A DNA stretch of 64,000 bases. Source: a bacterium. Lineage in GTDB: Bacteria > Zhuqueibacterota > Zhuqueibacteria > Zhuqueibacterales > Zhuqueibacteraceae. A program made the translations under genes and the position numbers. A model generated the notes under the pieces. The model searched no databases. It worked only from the letters and a program-made list of their open reading frames with translations, and was not told where the DNA came from. Location of the stretch: contig JBIOXB010000211.1 in the NCBI GenBank assembly GCA_044869275.1, positions 29,242-93,241 on the forward strand, written 5' to 3'. Position 1 is the first letter of the stretch, and every line of letters begins with the position of its first letter. Below, in pieces: positions 20,193 to 30,304 of this stretch.

Positions 20193-21224
20193 TCATCCCA
20201 TCTTCACAAACACCACCGGATAAACCACCTTTACACTGCCACTGGTGATGGCATCATAACGCCAGCGCCGCACCGTGTCGAGAATGTCCTGCTGCAGCAG
20301 CGGCAAGGCGATTTCTGATTTCAGAATATTCACGCTGCCAATGGAGCCGTCGGCGTTGATGGTGACTTCTACCTCGACCTTACCACCGATGTCGGGATTC
20401 GTCTTCAAGTGTTTCTCGTAAATGTACTGCAGGCGGCCCATGTTGTCGGTGAGCACTTTGCGCAGCGATTCCTCCGAACGCGCCCCCATGGCCTCTTTCG
20501 AGCCGCTCACCTGGCCCAGGCGCTCCACGTTGACGCGGCCTTTCTTGCGCATGGCCACGCCTTCACCGGCATCCGTCCGGCCGATCAAATCGTCGATGCC
20601 TTTGCCCTGCTTGCTGATCGCTTCCAGAGCATTCTCGTCCACCTCTCCGGTGGTATTGTGGCCGCGCCCCACTTTAAGCGAGCGGCTCATTTTCAAATCT
20701 TTCACCACGCCGTCGGCTTCCTGCATATTTAGCGCAATCTTGCCGTCGGCATTGTCGCTTTCGGAGACGCCATCCAACATGCCCAGCACGCCAATGGTAT
20801 TCACATCCACTTCTTGCGCGCCTTTTTGCGCGTTGATGGCGCCGTTGGGGTTGTCGGCGTTATCGTTGCCCGGTGTCTTGACTTGCCTTTCTGCCGTGCC
20901 CACATCTTCGCTCGGCTTCGTAGATCCGGGAGTCACCAGCTCAGGCTCCTTTTGCCTCTCCACCGGTTCCGGCTTGGCGGGCTCGGGCGGAGTTTCGTTT
21001 TCGTCCACGAAGTCGATCTGGCGAATCTCCATGACTTCCGGGGGGTTGATGATAGTGTGCGTGAGCGATAATGCGAAAATCAACAAGTGCACCAGAAAAG
21101 AGCCGCCCAGGGCGACCCCGAAGCGTTTCGAAGGGTCATACCCCGCCGACGAGAGAAATGAGGCCGAGGGCTTCAATCCTGCAGCCGCCACGTTTCCTGC
21201 AAATTTAGCTTGTGCTTTTTTCAT
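20193..21224 (-). CDS. TonB-family energy transducer with AgmX/PglI-type C-terminal domain (GltG-like)
   Basis: One TM helix containing SFLVH, a Pro/Glu linker, GVLGML, Gly-rich middle; C-terminal YIYEKHLKTNPDIGGKVEVEVTINADGSI...WRY...YPVVF. Confidence 0.82.
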   Translation of the reverse strand: MKKAQAKFAGNVAAAGLKPSASFLSSAGYDPSKRFGVALGGSFLVHLLIFALSLTHTIINPPEVMEIRQIDFVDENETPPEPAKPEPVERQKEPELVTPGSTKPSEDVGTAERQVKTPGNDNADNPNGAINAQKGAQEVDVNTIGVLGMLDGVSESDNADGKIALNMQEADGVVKDLKMSRSLKVGRGHNTTGEVDENALEAISKQGKGIDDLIGRTDAGEGVAMRKKGRVNVERLGQVSGSKEAMGARSEESLRKVLTDNMGRLQYIYEKHLKTNPDIGGKVEVEVTINADGSIGSVNILKSEIALPLLQQDILDTVRRWRYDAITSGSVKVVYPVVFVKMG

Positions 21225-21295
21225 ATCGGCTTCATCTCGGAATAAACAAATTGCTTCACAGCGGTGACATCCTCACCGCAAAAGTCTGCTCGAGC

Positions 21296-21727
21296 TCACC
21301 CGGCACGGCGCGCTGGGCGCGGTCGTTGCAGGGTGGCGATGGCCATTTTTTTCGCGCCGCTGCGCTTGGCGATGCCCATCAATTCCAAAATCTGTTTGTG
21401 CGTGACCTCTTTGTCGGCGCGAATCATGACCAAACGATCCGGATGTTTGGCCACGATCTTGCGCAATGCCGGCTCCAGCTGGGGCAAGGGCATTTTGGTG
21501 TCATTGAGCGCGACCTCGCCGGCAACCGTGAGCGTAATCGTAACATTGTCTTCCGATTTCGTGTCGATCGTCGCTGCTTTCGGCAGGTCAACGGCCACGC
21601 CCGCCTTCTCATTCAACATCGGTGCGGTCACCATGAAAATGATCACCAACACCAGCGCAATATCGACCAGAGGCGCGAGCTGCATATTGGAAATAATGCC
21701 GCCGCCAGATGAACCACCCGCATGCAT
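21296..21727 (-). CDS. ExbD/TolR family protein (AglQ/S-like)
   Basis: LAPLVDIALVLVIIFMVTAP with the conserved Asp; VDLPKA; IRAD. Confidence 0.92.
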   Translation of the reverse strand: MHAGGSSGGGIISNMQLAPLVDIALVLVIIFMVTAPMLNEKAGVAVDLPKAATIDTKSEDNVTITLTVAGEVALNDTKMPLPQLEPALRKIVAKHPDRLVMIRADKEVTHKQILELMGIAKRSGAKKMAIATLQRPRPARRAG

Positions 21728-21728
21728 G

Positions 21729-22148
21729 TCATTTGCTCCTGCGTTTCACAATGGACAAATCCTTCGCGCCGGCCTGCCGTGCCGCGTCCAGCGTGGCCAC
21801 GACACGGTCATGAATCACTTCCTCGTCCGCACTGATCACCACCAGCTTCTTTTTGCTTTTGGAAAGCAAATAGCGCAAGCTGTCGGTCAGGGCGGGTGGC
21901 GCCACCGGCACGCTGTTGATCAAAATCTCGCCGTCTTGCTTGAGATATACCTCCGCGCGCAGCTCAGTTTGCTCCGCGCTGCCCGCCGCCGCCTGCCCCA
22001 CTGCGGGCGTCGATACCGTGATGCTCGATTGCATGATCAAGGGCGTCATGACCATGAAAATCACCACCAGCACCAGCGCCACGTCGATCAGCGAGGTGAG
22101 ATTGATTTCGTTCAAACCGCTGTCGGTTTTGTTGTATTTGCTTTTCAT
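21729..22148 (-). CDS. ExbD/TolR family protein (AglQ/S-like)
   Basis: EINLTSLIDVALVLVVIFMV; ISAD. Confidence 0.92.
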   Translation of the reverse strand: MKSKYNKTDSGLNEINLTSLIDVALVLVVIFMVMTPLIMQSSITVSTPAVGQAAAGSAEQTELRAEVYLKQDGEILINSVPVAPPALTDSLRYLLSKSKKKLVVISADEEVIHDRVVATLDAARQAGAKDLSIVKRRSK

Positions 22149-22165
22149 CGTTTTTGCTCGCGGCC

Positions 22166-22777
22166 TCAAACAATGCCGAGAATAACGTGCACCTTTTTCG
22201 TGGCCGCTTCGATTTCTTCCATGGTTGTGCCGACGCGACGCAAAAAGTAATTGTACGCGATCACCGCGGGAATGGCCACCACCAAACCGGCGGCAGTCGT
22301 GATCAAAGCCTCAGCAATGCCGGCTGCCACCACTGAAGGCCCACCCGAGCCGGAGGCAGCAAGATCGCCAAACGCACGGATGATGCCGACGACGGTACCG
22401 AACAGCCCGATAAAGGGCGCGATGTTTCCCATGGTGCCGAGAATGCTGAGAAAGCGTTCCATTTTGATTTTCTCTTCCAGCGCGGCGGCCTCCATCAATT
22501 CCGTCACGCCTTTGCCGCCGGGCGTAAAACTCTCCAATCCCACTCCGATGACCACGGCCAGCGGCGCTTGATGGCGATGGCACAAATCGAGACCGGCTTT
22601 CGTGCCGCCGTCGCGCAGCGAGCTTTGTAAAGCCGGAATAAAAACGCTGGCCTTGAGCGTGGTGCGCCGGAAATAGAGCCAGCGCTCGAAAATGAACGTG
22701 ATCGCCACCAGTGAGCATCCAAAAAGAATGATGAAGGTCGGACTGCTGGTGACGGTTTCCCAAAAATTAATTTCCAT
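22166..22777 (-). CDS. MotA/TolQ/ExbB proton channel protein (AglR-like)
   Basis: APFIGLFGTVVGII, GIAEALITTAAGLVVAIPA. Confidence 0.94.
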   Translation of the reverse strand: MEINFWETVTSSPTFIILFGCSLVAITFIFERWLYFRRTTLKASVFIPALQSSLRDGGTKAGLDLCHRHQAPLAVVIGVGLESFTPGGKGVTELMEAAALEEKIKMERFLSILGTMGNIAPFIGLFGTVVGIIRAFGDLAASGSGGPSVVAAGIAEALITTAAGLVVAIPAVIAYNYFLRRVGTTMEEIEAATKKVHVILGIV

Positions 22778-22851
22778 GACTGATCTCCACTAGTCTGCTT
22801 GACGAGAAGGTCCTCATACCGAATATGATTGAAATGATACTTTGCACTGTT

Positions 22852-22927
22852 GATGCTGGATGCTTGATCCTGGATACTGGATGCAATCTCATTATCATCC
22901 AGTATCGAGAATCCAGTATCCAGAATC
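22852..22927. repeat. Heptamer tandem repeats arranged as an inverted pair
   Basis: (GATRCTG)n-like left arm and (CAGTATC)n-like right arm. Confidence 0.7.
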
Positions 22928-25900
22928 AGTCTTCGTTGCCTTTGGCCGAAGCGGTATTCAAGCTATGGCCATTTGGCGCTGAGGAGCCGGTGGTCGCGCC
23001 GCTATCGGGGGGAGGCTGCTCCGCTCCGCCTGTGCTATCCGGCGCGGTGCTCTGCTCATAGCCGAGCTCGGTCGCCAAAATCTGAACGCGCTCGCGGCTT
23101 TTCTCCACCCAGGGATTGGCAATGCCGTTCTCTTCCGCCTGGCGTAGCGTGCCTTGATAGGTTTCATAAGCACGCTCCTTGAAGGGCCGGACTTTCAGCG
23201 CGAGCTGTGCTTCATATTTCGCCTGCACTTCTTCGGTGAGATTGGCGGGGCGCGGTGAGGCCCAAAACGCACGGCCGAACTCTTCATAGGTTTCGCCGAT
23301 ACGGAACGAGGCGGCGGTGAACCACTCTGCCACCTGGAATGTGGCCGCTTCTTTATACGCATTCACCACTTCCGTAAACAAGGCTTGCTTGCGCTGCAAG
23401 CTTTTGTCGAGAGGCGGTTCGAGATTGATCTGCTTGTAATCTTCGAACCGCATTTCGCCGAGCCGGAATTGCGCTTGTGCCGCCATGTACGGCTCGGCGG
23501 CCAGGCCCTTCTCCATGTTTTGACGATAGCGCGCAATAGTGCGTTGGTAATAATCACTCGCGTGCGTGTAATCCTTGCGTTGATAATGAATCTCGCCCAC
23601 CCGGCACAACGCTTCCAAATACTGGTCGATTTCGCCTGGATAATCGGCGAGATAGCGATCGTAATTCTTCAGCGCATTCTCGAGCAAACCGGCGTTTTCA
23701 TAACAGCGCGCCGCTGCGAAAACGGATTTGGCGGCATACGGCGAATGCTCCCTCGCCGTCACCAGTGCCAGATAATTCTGCGCGGCGCGCGTCCATTTGT
23801 CCAGTTCTTCACACAGCAGGGCGGCGCGAAACAGTGCTTCATCGATGCGCGGCGAGTTGGGGTATTTGAGGTAGAACTTTTCGTAAATCTCGATGGCTTT
23901 TTCCTTGTCGCCGGCCTTGTCGTACTGCACCGCGGACTCCGCGAACGCCATCTCGGCAATCGCGCTGTCCTGGCTGGAGGCGGCGACGTTTTCAAACGCT
24001 TTGGCCGCCAACGCCAGCTCGCCGCGTTCTTTAAAGCCTTCGGCGAGCTTGAATTTTGCCGAGCTGATCAAGCGATGCGCTTTCGCCACCTGGCGCACGG
24101 AATCGGGAAAATTCTCCACCACTTTGCGCGACCATTTTTCCGCGGCGAGATAGCCTTTGTCGGTCTTCATTTCCATCGCGCATTGCGCGTGCAGCAAATG
24201 CGCCTGCACGATATATTTCGATTGCGGCAGATCGGCAATGATCTTTTCGTAGACTTGCTGTGCCATGCCGAAAGCGTGCATATTGTAGAGCGTCTCGCCG
24301 TACTTCATCATCACCTCCGGCAGGCGCTCGCTCTTGCCGAGCTGGACGACGAAATCATTGCACGCCAGGAGCAGCTTGGAAAAGATGCGGTTGGGCACCT
24401 GCAAGGTGTCGCTCTGGTTGGTGCCAAGAAAATTCGCGAGCACGTACTGCGCCGTGTCCGGCGCGCTCGCCAGGTGCAATTCTTCAAAATGGCTGAGAAT
24501 GCGGTTGTAAGCCGCTTCGTCGCGGAATTCCGAAGCCGGGTAATTCACCATCACGCGCTGATACGCCTCGGCGGCCGCTGCATATTCTTTGATATCGTAA
24601 TGGCATTCGGCGAGATAGAAAGCCACTTTACCGGCGTTGGTCGCGGCGGGGAATTTTTCCACGTATTGTTTATAGCGTTTGATCGCGCGCTGGTAGTCTT
24701 CGGGACTGGCGCTTTGCTGCGCACGTGTTTGCGCTTCGGTGGCGAGGATGTACAAATTCTGCTCCGCCAGGGCCAGCGTTTTGTCGCGCACCTTCTGCTG
24801 CAGCGAATCACTCTTGGTCAGCTTGGAGTACTTCTCGATCCACGCGCTGCCGGGGCCGTAATCTTTCACCAGTTTTTCGCGCGCGGCTTCGGCGTTTTTG
24901 GCGTCACCGCTACGCAAATAGTTCTCGACGATTTTATTCTGTAGCAACGGCGCCTCTTCATAGAGCGGCCACAGCTCGAGCGTGATGGCGAGCGTCTTGT
25001 TGGATTCGTCGTAGAAATTGCGGCTCTGATAGATGTCGGCGAGCTTCAGGAAAATGTTGAGGCCATAATCTTTGCCGCGGAATTTGTCGAGAAACTCGCG
25101 CGTTTTCTCGGGCCCGCCGTATTCGGCAAAGCATTGCGCCAGATATTCGATCGCTTCCTGGCGCAGATCGGCCTTGGTTTTGCCCAACACCTCGGCGTTC
25201 ACCGCTTTATCCACGAGATTCAGATCGTCGATCAAATAGATGAACGTGCTGATGGCTTTGGCAAAATTATCCACGTTGAAATACGACCAGGCCAGCTTGT
25301 AAAGCGCCATGTCGAAAAATGGATTTTGCCATTGGTTCAACAGCTTGGCATAATAATCCGTGGCCAGGCCGTATTCCTTTTTGTCAAAATAATACTCGCC
25401 CAGGCGGAAGCTGGCCTCCAGCACGTAGCCACTGTTGGGATAATCTTCAAGCAGCCTCTTGAAATAGTCGCGCGACAAGTCGCGATTGCCCTCTTCGAGC
25501 TGGCAGAGCGCGATGCGATAAATCACTTTATCGTTGAACGAGGCGGTGGGATATTGCTGTAAAACCTTATAACCCATTTCCAGGGCTTTGCCGTAGCTGA
25601 CGCGCGGCATCACCGGCTCGGCTTTGAGCTCGCCCGCATCGAAACGCTTGAGACCGGCGTCATAAGCCTGCATTGCTTTGTTATAGTCGAAAGCCGAACG
25701 CTTGACGTACAATTCGACCAGCTGAAACATCACGCTCGGCGTGAAGTCGCTGCTGGGGTATTTGCGGATCAGCTCCTCGCCCTGCACGATTGCCGCCTCC
25801 AAATCTTTCACAATGATGGTGTCGCGGCGGGCGAGCTGGAGATCGGCATTTTGCGCATAGGCCGGCGCGCTCATCCAGGCGGCGCAGCCCAACAGCATGG

Positions 25901-25958
25901 CCGTCAAGGCGGCAGTACGCGCCTTGTGGAATTGTGGGGGTCTCATAAGGAAACTCAT
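22926..25958 (-). CDS. Large exported TPR protein (GltD/AgmU-like)
   Basis: Signal peptide and many TPRs; C-terminal AASFRIGETYEEFGRAFWASPRPANL...YEAQLALKVRPFKERA resembles the GltD-type C-terminus. Confidence 0.8.
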   Translation of the reverse strand: MSFLMRPPQFHKARTAALTAMLLGCAAWMSAPAYAQNADLQLARRDTIIVKDLEAAIVQGEELIRKYPSSDFTPSVMFQLVELYVKRSAFDYNKAMQAYDAGLKRFDAGELKAEPVMPRVSYGKALEMGYKVLQQYPTASFNDKVIYRIALCQLEEGNRDLSRDYFKRLLEDYPNSGYVLEASFRLGEYYFDKKEYGLATDYYAKLLNQWQNPFFDMALYKLAWSYFNVDNFAKAISTFIYLIDDLNLVDKAVNAEVLGKTKADLRQEAIEYLAQCFAEYGGPEKTREFLDKFRGKDYGLNIFLKLADIYQSRNFYDESNKTLAITLELWPLYEEAPLLQNKIVENYLRSGDAKNAEAAREKLVKDYGPGSAWIEKYSKLTKSDSLQQKVRDKTLALAEQNLYILATEAQTRAQQSASPEDYQRAIKRYKQYVEKFPAATNAGKVAFYLAECHYDIKEYAAAAEAYQRVMVNYPASEFRDEAAYNRILSHFEELHLASAPDTAQYVLANFLGTNQSDTLQVPNRIFSKLLLACNDFVVQLGKSERLPEVMMKYGETLYNMHAFGMAQQVYEKIIADLPQSKYIVQAHLLHAQCAMEMKTDKGYLAAEKWSRKVVENFPDSVRQVAKAHRLISSAKFKLAEGFKERGELALAAKAFENVAASSQDSAIAEMAFAESAVQYDKAGDKEKAIEIYEKFYLKYPNSPRIDEALFRAALLCEELDKWTRAAQNYLALVTAREHSPYAAKSVFAAARCYENAGLLENALKNYDRYLADYPGEIDQYLEALCRVGEIHYQRKDYTHASDYYQRTIARYRQNMEKGLAAEPYMAAQAQFRLGEMRFEDYKQINLEPPLDKSLQRKQALFTEVVNAYKEAATFQVAEWFTAASFRIGETYEEFGRAFWASPRPANLTEEVQAKYEAQLALKVRPFKERAYETYQGTLRQAEENGIANPWVEKSRERVQILATELGYEQSTAPDSTGGAEQPPPDSGATTGSSAPNGHSLNTASAKGNED

Positions 25959-25959
25959 T

Positions 25960-27353
25960 TTAGTTCTGTCTTGGCATTCCCTTCAAGAACAAAGCCCGAG
26001 CCTTGCCGTATTCGGCATAAGCCCGCCAGTGGCGTCGCGATTCCTTTCGCACCAACTCGGAGCGCACCTGCTCCAAACTGAACGAGACCTCATCGAAGGT
26101 CTTGCGCTCTTTTAAAATATTCTCGATCAACTGATCCTTCGAGCGCGCCAATTGCCCGTAGTGGTCTTGGAGGTATTTCGGCAACTGGCCCGCGCCCTCC
26201 ATCCGGATCGAGTCGATCAATTTCGATTCCAACACCAACAAACGCACTTTGAGCTTTTCGAGCAAGCCTTCCTGCTGGCGCAGGCCTGCTTCGACCAGGC
26301 CCATCTGCTCGCCAATGCTGCTGCCTTCGGGATAGCGTGCGATGATGTAGTCGTACTCTTTGACGGCGAAATCATAAAATTCGAGCTTGAGATAGGACTG
26401 GCCGAGCAGGAAATGGGCTTCCTCGCCGAACTCGGAAGCGTCATATTTTTTGATGAGCTCGTTGAGCGTGACCACGGCGCTCTGAAAATCGTTCATCTTG
26501 ATCGACGCCCAACTGCGCGTCAGCAGCGCTTGGGGAAAGTCTTGGTTTTCTTCCCTAATGTGGCGCAGATGCGCGATCGCTTCCTGATAGTAACCCAGCT
26601 CGTAATAAATCAAGCCCAGGGTGAGATGGGCGTTGGCTCTCACCTCACGTTGCTCGTGGCGCAGCAGCGGCTGACTGAGCACCTTGCGAAAAACCTGGAC
26701 TGCCTGCGTTATGCTTTTTTTTTTAGATGGCAAAGGCCGATGGTGTACAAACCGTAGTCGTAGTATTCGCTGCGCGCGCCGATTTTTTCCAGCATGGCAG
26801 CGGCGGCGTCATAATCGTGCTGGTGGAAGTGGGACATGCCGCCGAAATAATGCACGCCGTCCATCAAATCGGCTTGCGCATACTTGGCGGCAATGGCATC
26901 ATAAATCTTCAGGCTCTCGGCGTAGTTTTCGGCTTGATACTGAATGCGCTGCAAGCCGTACAGGCCCTGCGCCACATGCGCGCTGTTCGGAAACTTGGTG
27001 ACCAGAAAACGAAACATCTTGTGCGAAGAGTTGAACATGTCCATCGAATACAGGCTCTCGCCCAAGTGGCACAACACGCCGTCAGCCTGTGTGAACGCCG
27101 GATAATAGTCCAGCAGGATGATCAATTCGCGCGCGGCTTTCCAATAGGCGCGTTCGAAATAAAATTGTTGTGCACTGCGGTAAATTCGCTGCGCGACCTT
27201 TTCCATGTTGCGATCGACGGCGCGATCCGAGGCGGGCGGGGCGTCGCTTCCGCCTGCGGGCAAAGCATGGCTCGCACCCGGGCCCGCGCACCATGCGCAA
27301 GCCAGGGCCATCGCCATCATGCGAAATCGTCTGCTGAGAGTTGCGTCCTTCAT
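25960..27353 (-). CDS. Exported TPR protein (GltC-like), split by a frameshift at an A10 tract
   Basis: ORFs 26709..27353 and 25960..26733 overlap at T10 (26715-26724). One extra A fuses them to about 464 aa with a continuous TPR (YGLYTIGLCHLKKKSITQAVQVF). Confidence 0.75.
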
Positions 27354-27418
27354 TCCACTACCGGTCTTGAGCTGGTTAGGTGATATGTTGCATCGGCTGG
27401 TTTCAAAAGCACGGCGGA

Positions 27419-28513
27419 TCAGCGCGGCGGATCCTGTTCGCCAGTTTCTTTTGCCTCCGGCTGCTCTTGCAGCGCGTCTTCCATTTTCTGCAGGCTATCC
27501 TGTGCGGTTTCGCGCTTGGTTTTGATCTCATCCAACTGCTGCAGCGCGCGCTTGTCCGCGCGCTTGTCCACGCGCTTGGCGGTGGCGAGCGGAGCACTGC
27601 TTTCCTCCTGCCGGCCGCCGAATTGATAGTTGACGCTCAGGATCAGTTTCCAATCGGCATAGTCTTTCTGAAAACTCGTGGAAACCGGATTGCTTACCAG
27701 TCGGTGCAAGCCGAGGTCGGCGGCAAGATCGACAATCAAATTCCACGGGCCGAGAAATTTGACGCCTTGCGTGAGGCGCGTGGAGTTTTCGGCAAAAGTC
27801 ACGCTGTCGTTTTTGGCAAATACCTCGCCGGTGTATTCCGTGTGGAAAACGAAGGAGTGAATCGGGAATTTGATTCCGGCGCCGAAGACATATTGGTCCC
27901 GATTGGAAGCGAACACAGCGCCCTTCAAATCATGAGCGAGATAGCCGAAGTTCATATACAGCTTCAATGGCACCAGCGGAAATGACTGCGTCATATCGAT
28001 CGTCGCGAGCCCCATGATTCCCACTGCCATTTCGCCGGAAGAGTAGGGCTCATATGGCACGTTCGCGTTCTTGGCGGTGGGCAGCACGGTGAAGCCATAC
28101 AAGCCGGTGGAGATGCCGCCCAAACGCACGGGCAATGCCAGTTTCAAGCCCAGGCGCGTGTCCCCCGGTGGCCCCCAGACGTGCTTTTGATCGTCTTGAT
28201 AGGGTGTGGCTTGCAACGTCACTTCGAGGCTTTGCGTCAAGCCCAGCGTGAAGCCGAGGTTGAAAGTATAGTCCTTGCCCAATGTTCTGCCGCCGCGCTT
28301 GGAAGGATCGAGATAGGTCAGAAAGCTGGAATGCACGAAAAACTGGGAGCGGCCGAGGGGTTCGGCGGTAAAGACGCGCAGCAAGCCGCGGCCGCCGTAA
28401 ATGGTCGTTTGTGCCGAGGCCAGAGCGGCCATCCCAAGCGTGACCGACAAGAACAATGAACCGGTAATGATCTTCTTCAATTGGAGGAACACGATGCTTG
28501 ATCCCTTCTGCAT
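27419..28513 (-). CDS. Putative outer-membrane beta-barrel protein with charged helical C-terminal tail
   Basis: Signal peptide, GGRGLLRVFTAEPLG, alternating beta-strand pattern ending LSVNYQF, then a coiled-coil-like tail. Confidence 0.65.
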   Translation of the reverse strand: MQKGSSIVFLQLKKIITGSLFLSVTLGMAALASAQTTIYGGRGLLRVFTAEPLGRSQFFVHSSFLTYLDPSKRGGRTLGKDYTFNLGFTLGLTQSLEVTLQATPYQDDQKHVWGPPGDTRLGLKLALPVRLGGISTGLYGFTVLPTAKNANVPYEPYSSGEMAVGIMGLATIDMTQSFPLVPLKLYMNFGYLAHDLKGAVFASNRDQYVFGAGIKFPIHSFVFHTEYTGEVFAKNDSVTFAENSTRLTQGVKFLGPWNLIVDLAADLGLHRLVSNPVSTSFQKDYADWKLILSVNYQFGGRQEESSAPLATAKRVDKRADKRALQQLDEIKTKRETAQDSLQKMEDALQEQPEAKETGEQDPPR

Positions 28514-28724
28514 AAGCTGTCTGGTTGTCTCGCAAAAATTGGCGCGGCCGTTTCGGCGCACGCCCATCTGCGTCTGGCCGCGAAAGTGATAGCTCGACGT
28601 AACAATCGGTTACGATGGCTTTTTGTGCACAATGACAGATGTACCGCCACCGGAGCCGTTTTGCGATTCAGGATTTTATCGAGGGGATAAAAATCGCGCG
28701 ACTGAATAAAGTGTGCTTAACCTT

Positions 28725-28740
28725 ATCAAGGATCATGCCA
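28725..28740 (-). promoter_or_regulatory. Putative sigma-54 (-24/-12) promoter
   Basis: Minus strand TGGCAT-GATCC-TTGAT versus consensus TGGCAC-N5-TTGCW, about 210 bp upstream of the operon. Confidence 0.5.
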
Positions 28741-28982
28741 GTAGGCGGGGGCGAGATCGGGCCGGTGCCACCTCCTCGCCTGCCCTTAAAAAACGCAATA
28801 ACTGCGATATAAAGCGAGGTCACTCGGAGGGTTGTACGCAGTCATGGGCGGGCGATTTGCTTTCAACCTCATGACTCAGACTGAAACACGAGGATTTGCA
28901 AAATTCCGTTTGTGTAAGTGAAAGAGGGATGAAAAAAATGCTGGCGAAGGGAGGCTTGGGAGCCGAAGTTCAGACTGAAATA

Positions 28983-29987
28983 TCATTCCTGCCATGCAGG
29001 TTGCGCCGGCTGGCGCACGGCAGGCACGACCACCGGCCGGTCGTGGCGGGCCATCAGGCCTTCTATAATGAAAGAGAGCAGAATGCCAGCGACGGCGTCC
29101 AAAATGTAGTGATACTGCAAAATGAAAGTCGAGATCGTCAACAGGGCGACCGGCACGAACAAGAGCCAGAAAGCTGTACGGAAGTCCTTGCGCAGGGTCA
29201 GCCACAAGGTCCAAGCCGCCGCGACATGTGAGCTGGGAAATGCCGCGCCGACCACCGCGCTTTGCTTTTGAATCAATATCACCGCCTTAAAGAAAAATCC
29301 TCCCGACACCAGCTTGTCGATGTGAACGTTCAAAGCGTGATGCGGGCCACGCGCCGGCAACAGCAGAAACAGAGTATAGCACGTGTACATCACCACGCAC
29401 ATCCGGCCCAACACGCGCTCGAAAGAAAGTGAGCGCGGTTTGCCGTTTTGCCCTTCGGGGGCGCGGTAATGCAGCCATGCCACCAGCGGAATCAGGAGGA
29501 AATATCCCCAATAAGCGCAGGCAAGAATTTCGACTTTCACCGCATCTAACCGCGGCACGAAGAATTCCCACCCGTGCCAGCCGTGCAACAGGAGAACATC
29601 GCTGCGAATCAAATACGGTTCCAGCCAAAAGGGAAAAAGCACACTGACGACCCTTCCCACTTCGCCGAAGAAAAAAGTCAGGCACAGGATAGGATACCAA
29701 TAGCGCAGCAAGCGCAGCGCGGCGGGCAATGATTCCTGCCGGTGAATCAAGGCAAGCACGGCAATGACGATCACAGCATGGCCAAACAGCATGGCAGCGC
29801 CCGCCGCCGGTAATCTGCCGAAGAACCATTGCAACAAAGGCAGGACGATCAAGACGCTCAGCGTGAGCTTATCAAAAAGAAAAAGCTTTCGATATAACGC
29901 CGTCAAAAGCCTGGTATCTTGCGAAAATGGCAAAGCGCTCTCCCTCGATTTCCGCTCTGACAGACCGTCGAAAATATGTTCCAACAT
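28983..29987 (-). CDS. PAP2 superfamily membrane protein (PAP2_3 / IPC synthase-like)
   Basis: Multiple TM helices, PARGP, AAFPSSHVA, HYILDAVAG. Start uncertain. Confidence 0.85.
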   Translation of the reverse strand: MLEHIFDGLSERKSRESALPFSQDTRLLTALYRKLFLFDKLTLSVLIVLPLLQWFFGRLPAAGAAMLFGHAVIVIAVLALIHRQESLPAALRLLRYWYPILCLTFFFGEVGRVVSVLFPFWLEPYLIRSDVLLLHGWHGWEFFVPRLDAVKVEILACAYWGYFLLIPLVAWLHYRAPEGQNGKPRSLSFERVLGRMCVVMYTCYTLFLLLPARGPHHALNVHIDKLVSGGFFFKAVILIQKQSAVVGAAFPSSHVAAAWTLWLTLRKDFRTAFWLLFVPVALLTISTFILQYHYILDAVAGILLSFIIEGLMARHDRPVVVPAVRQPAQPAWQE

Positions 29988-30304
29988 GCCAAGAATAGCA
30001 AAAATTTCACGAAAAATCAACCTGCTCTTGCATTTCGCCGGCGTGGGTGGAAGGTTTTGCTTGACTTTTGAAAGCCGGTTTGATATTATGCCTCGGATTC
30101 TAATGATCCACGCGCACACCATTGCGGCCCGGAGTGCCGCCGAGCTTGCGTGCCACTCTCTCCTTGGGAAAGGAAAGCGAGCGTGAAAATCCAAATCAGG
30201 AAGCGCCTTGGTCCCGCGTGGACACACTCCGCAACTTTCGGCCGCTGCCTGTAGAAATTATTGCCACCTGAATTTTTCTCATCGCTAAACAGCCTGATCA
30301 GATC

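Noticed and set aside
19790..22777. Ordinary Tol-Pal or TonB-ExbBD iron-uptake locus
   Set aside because: No tolB, pal or TonB receptor in the operon; two ExbD plus an AgmX-type domain and large TPR proteins fit Agl-Glt-like clusters better.
22852..22927. Tandem short repeats (also 45938-46112 and 63671-63734) as possible CRISPR arrays
   Set aside because: Units are 7-9 bp, have no unique spacers and are arranged as inverted arms; no cas genes are present.
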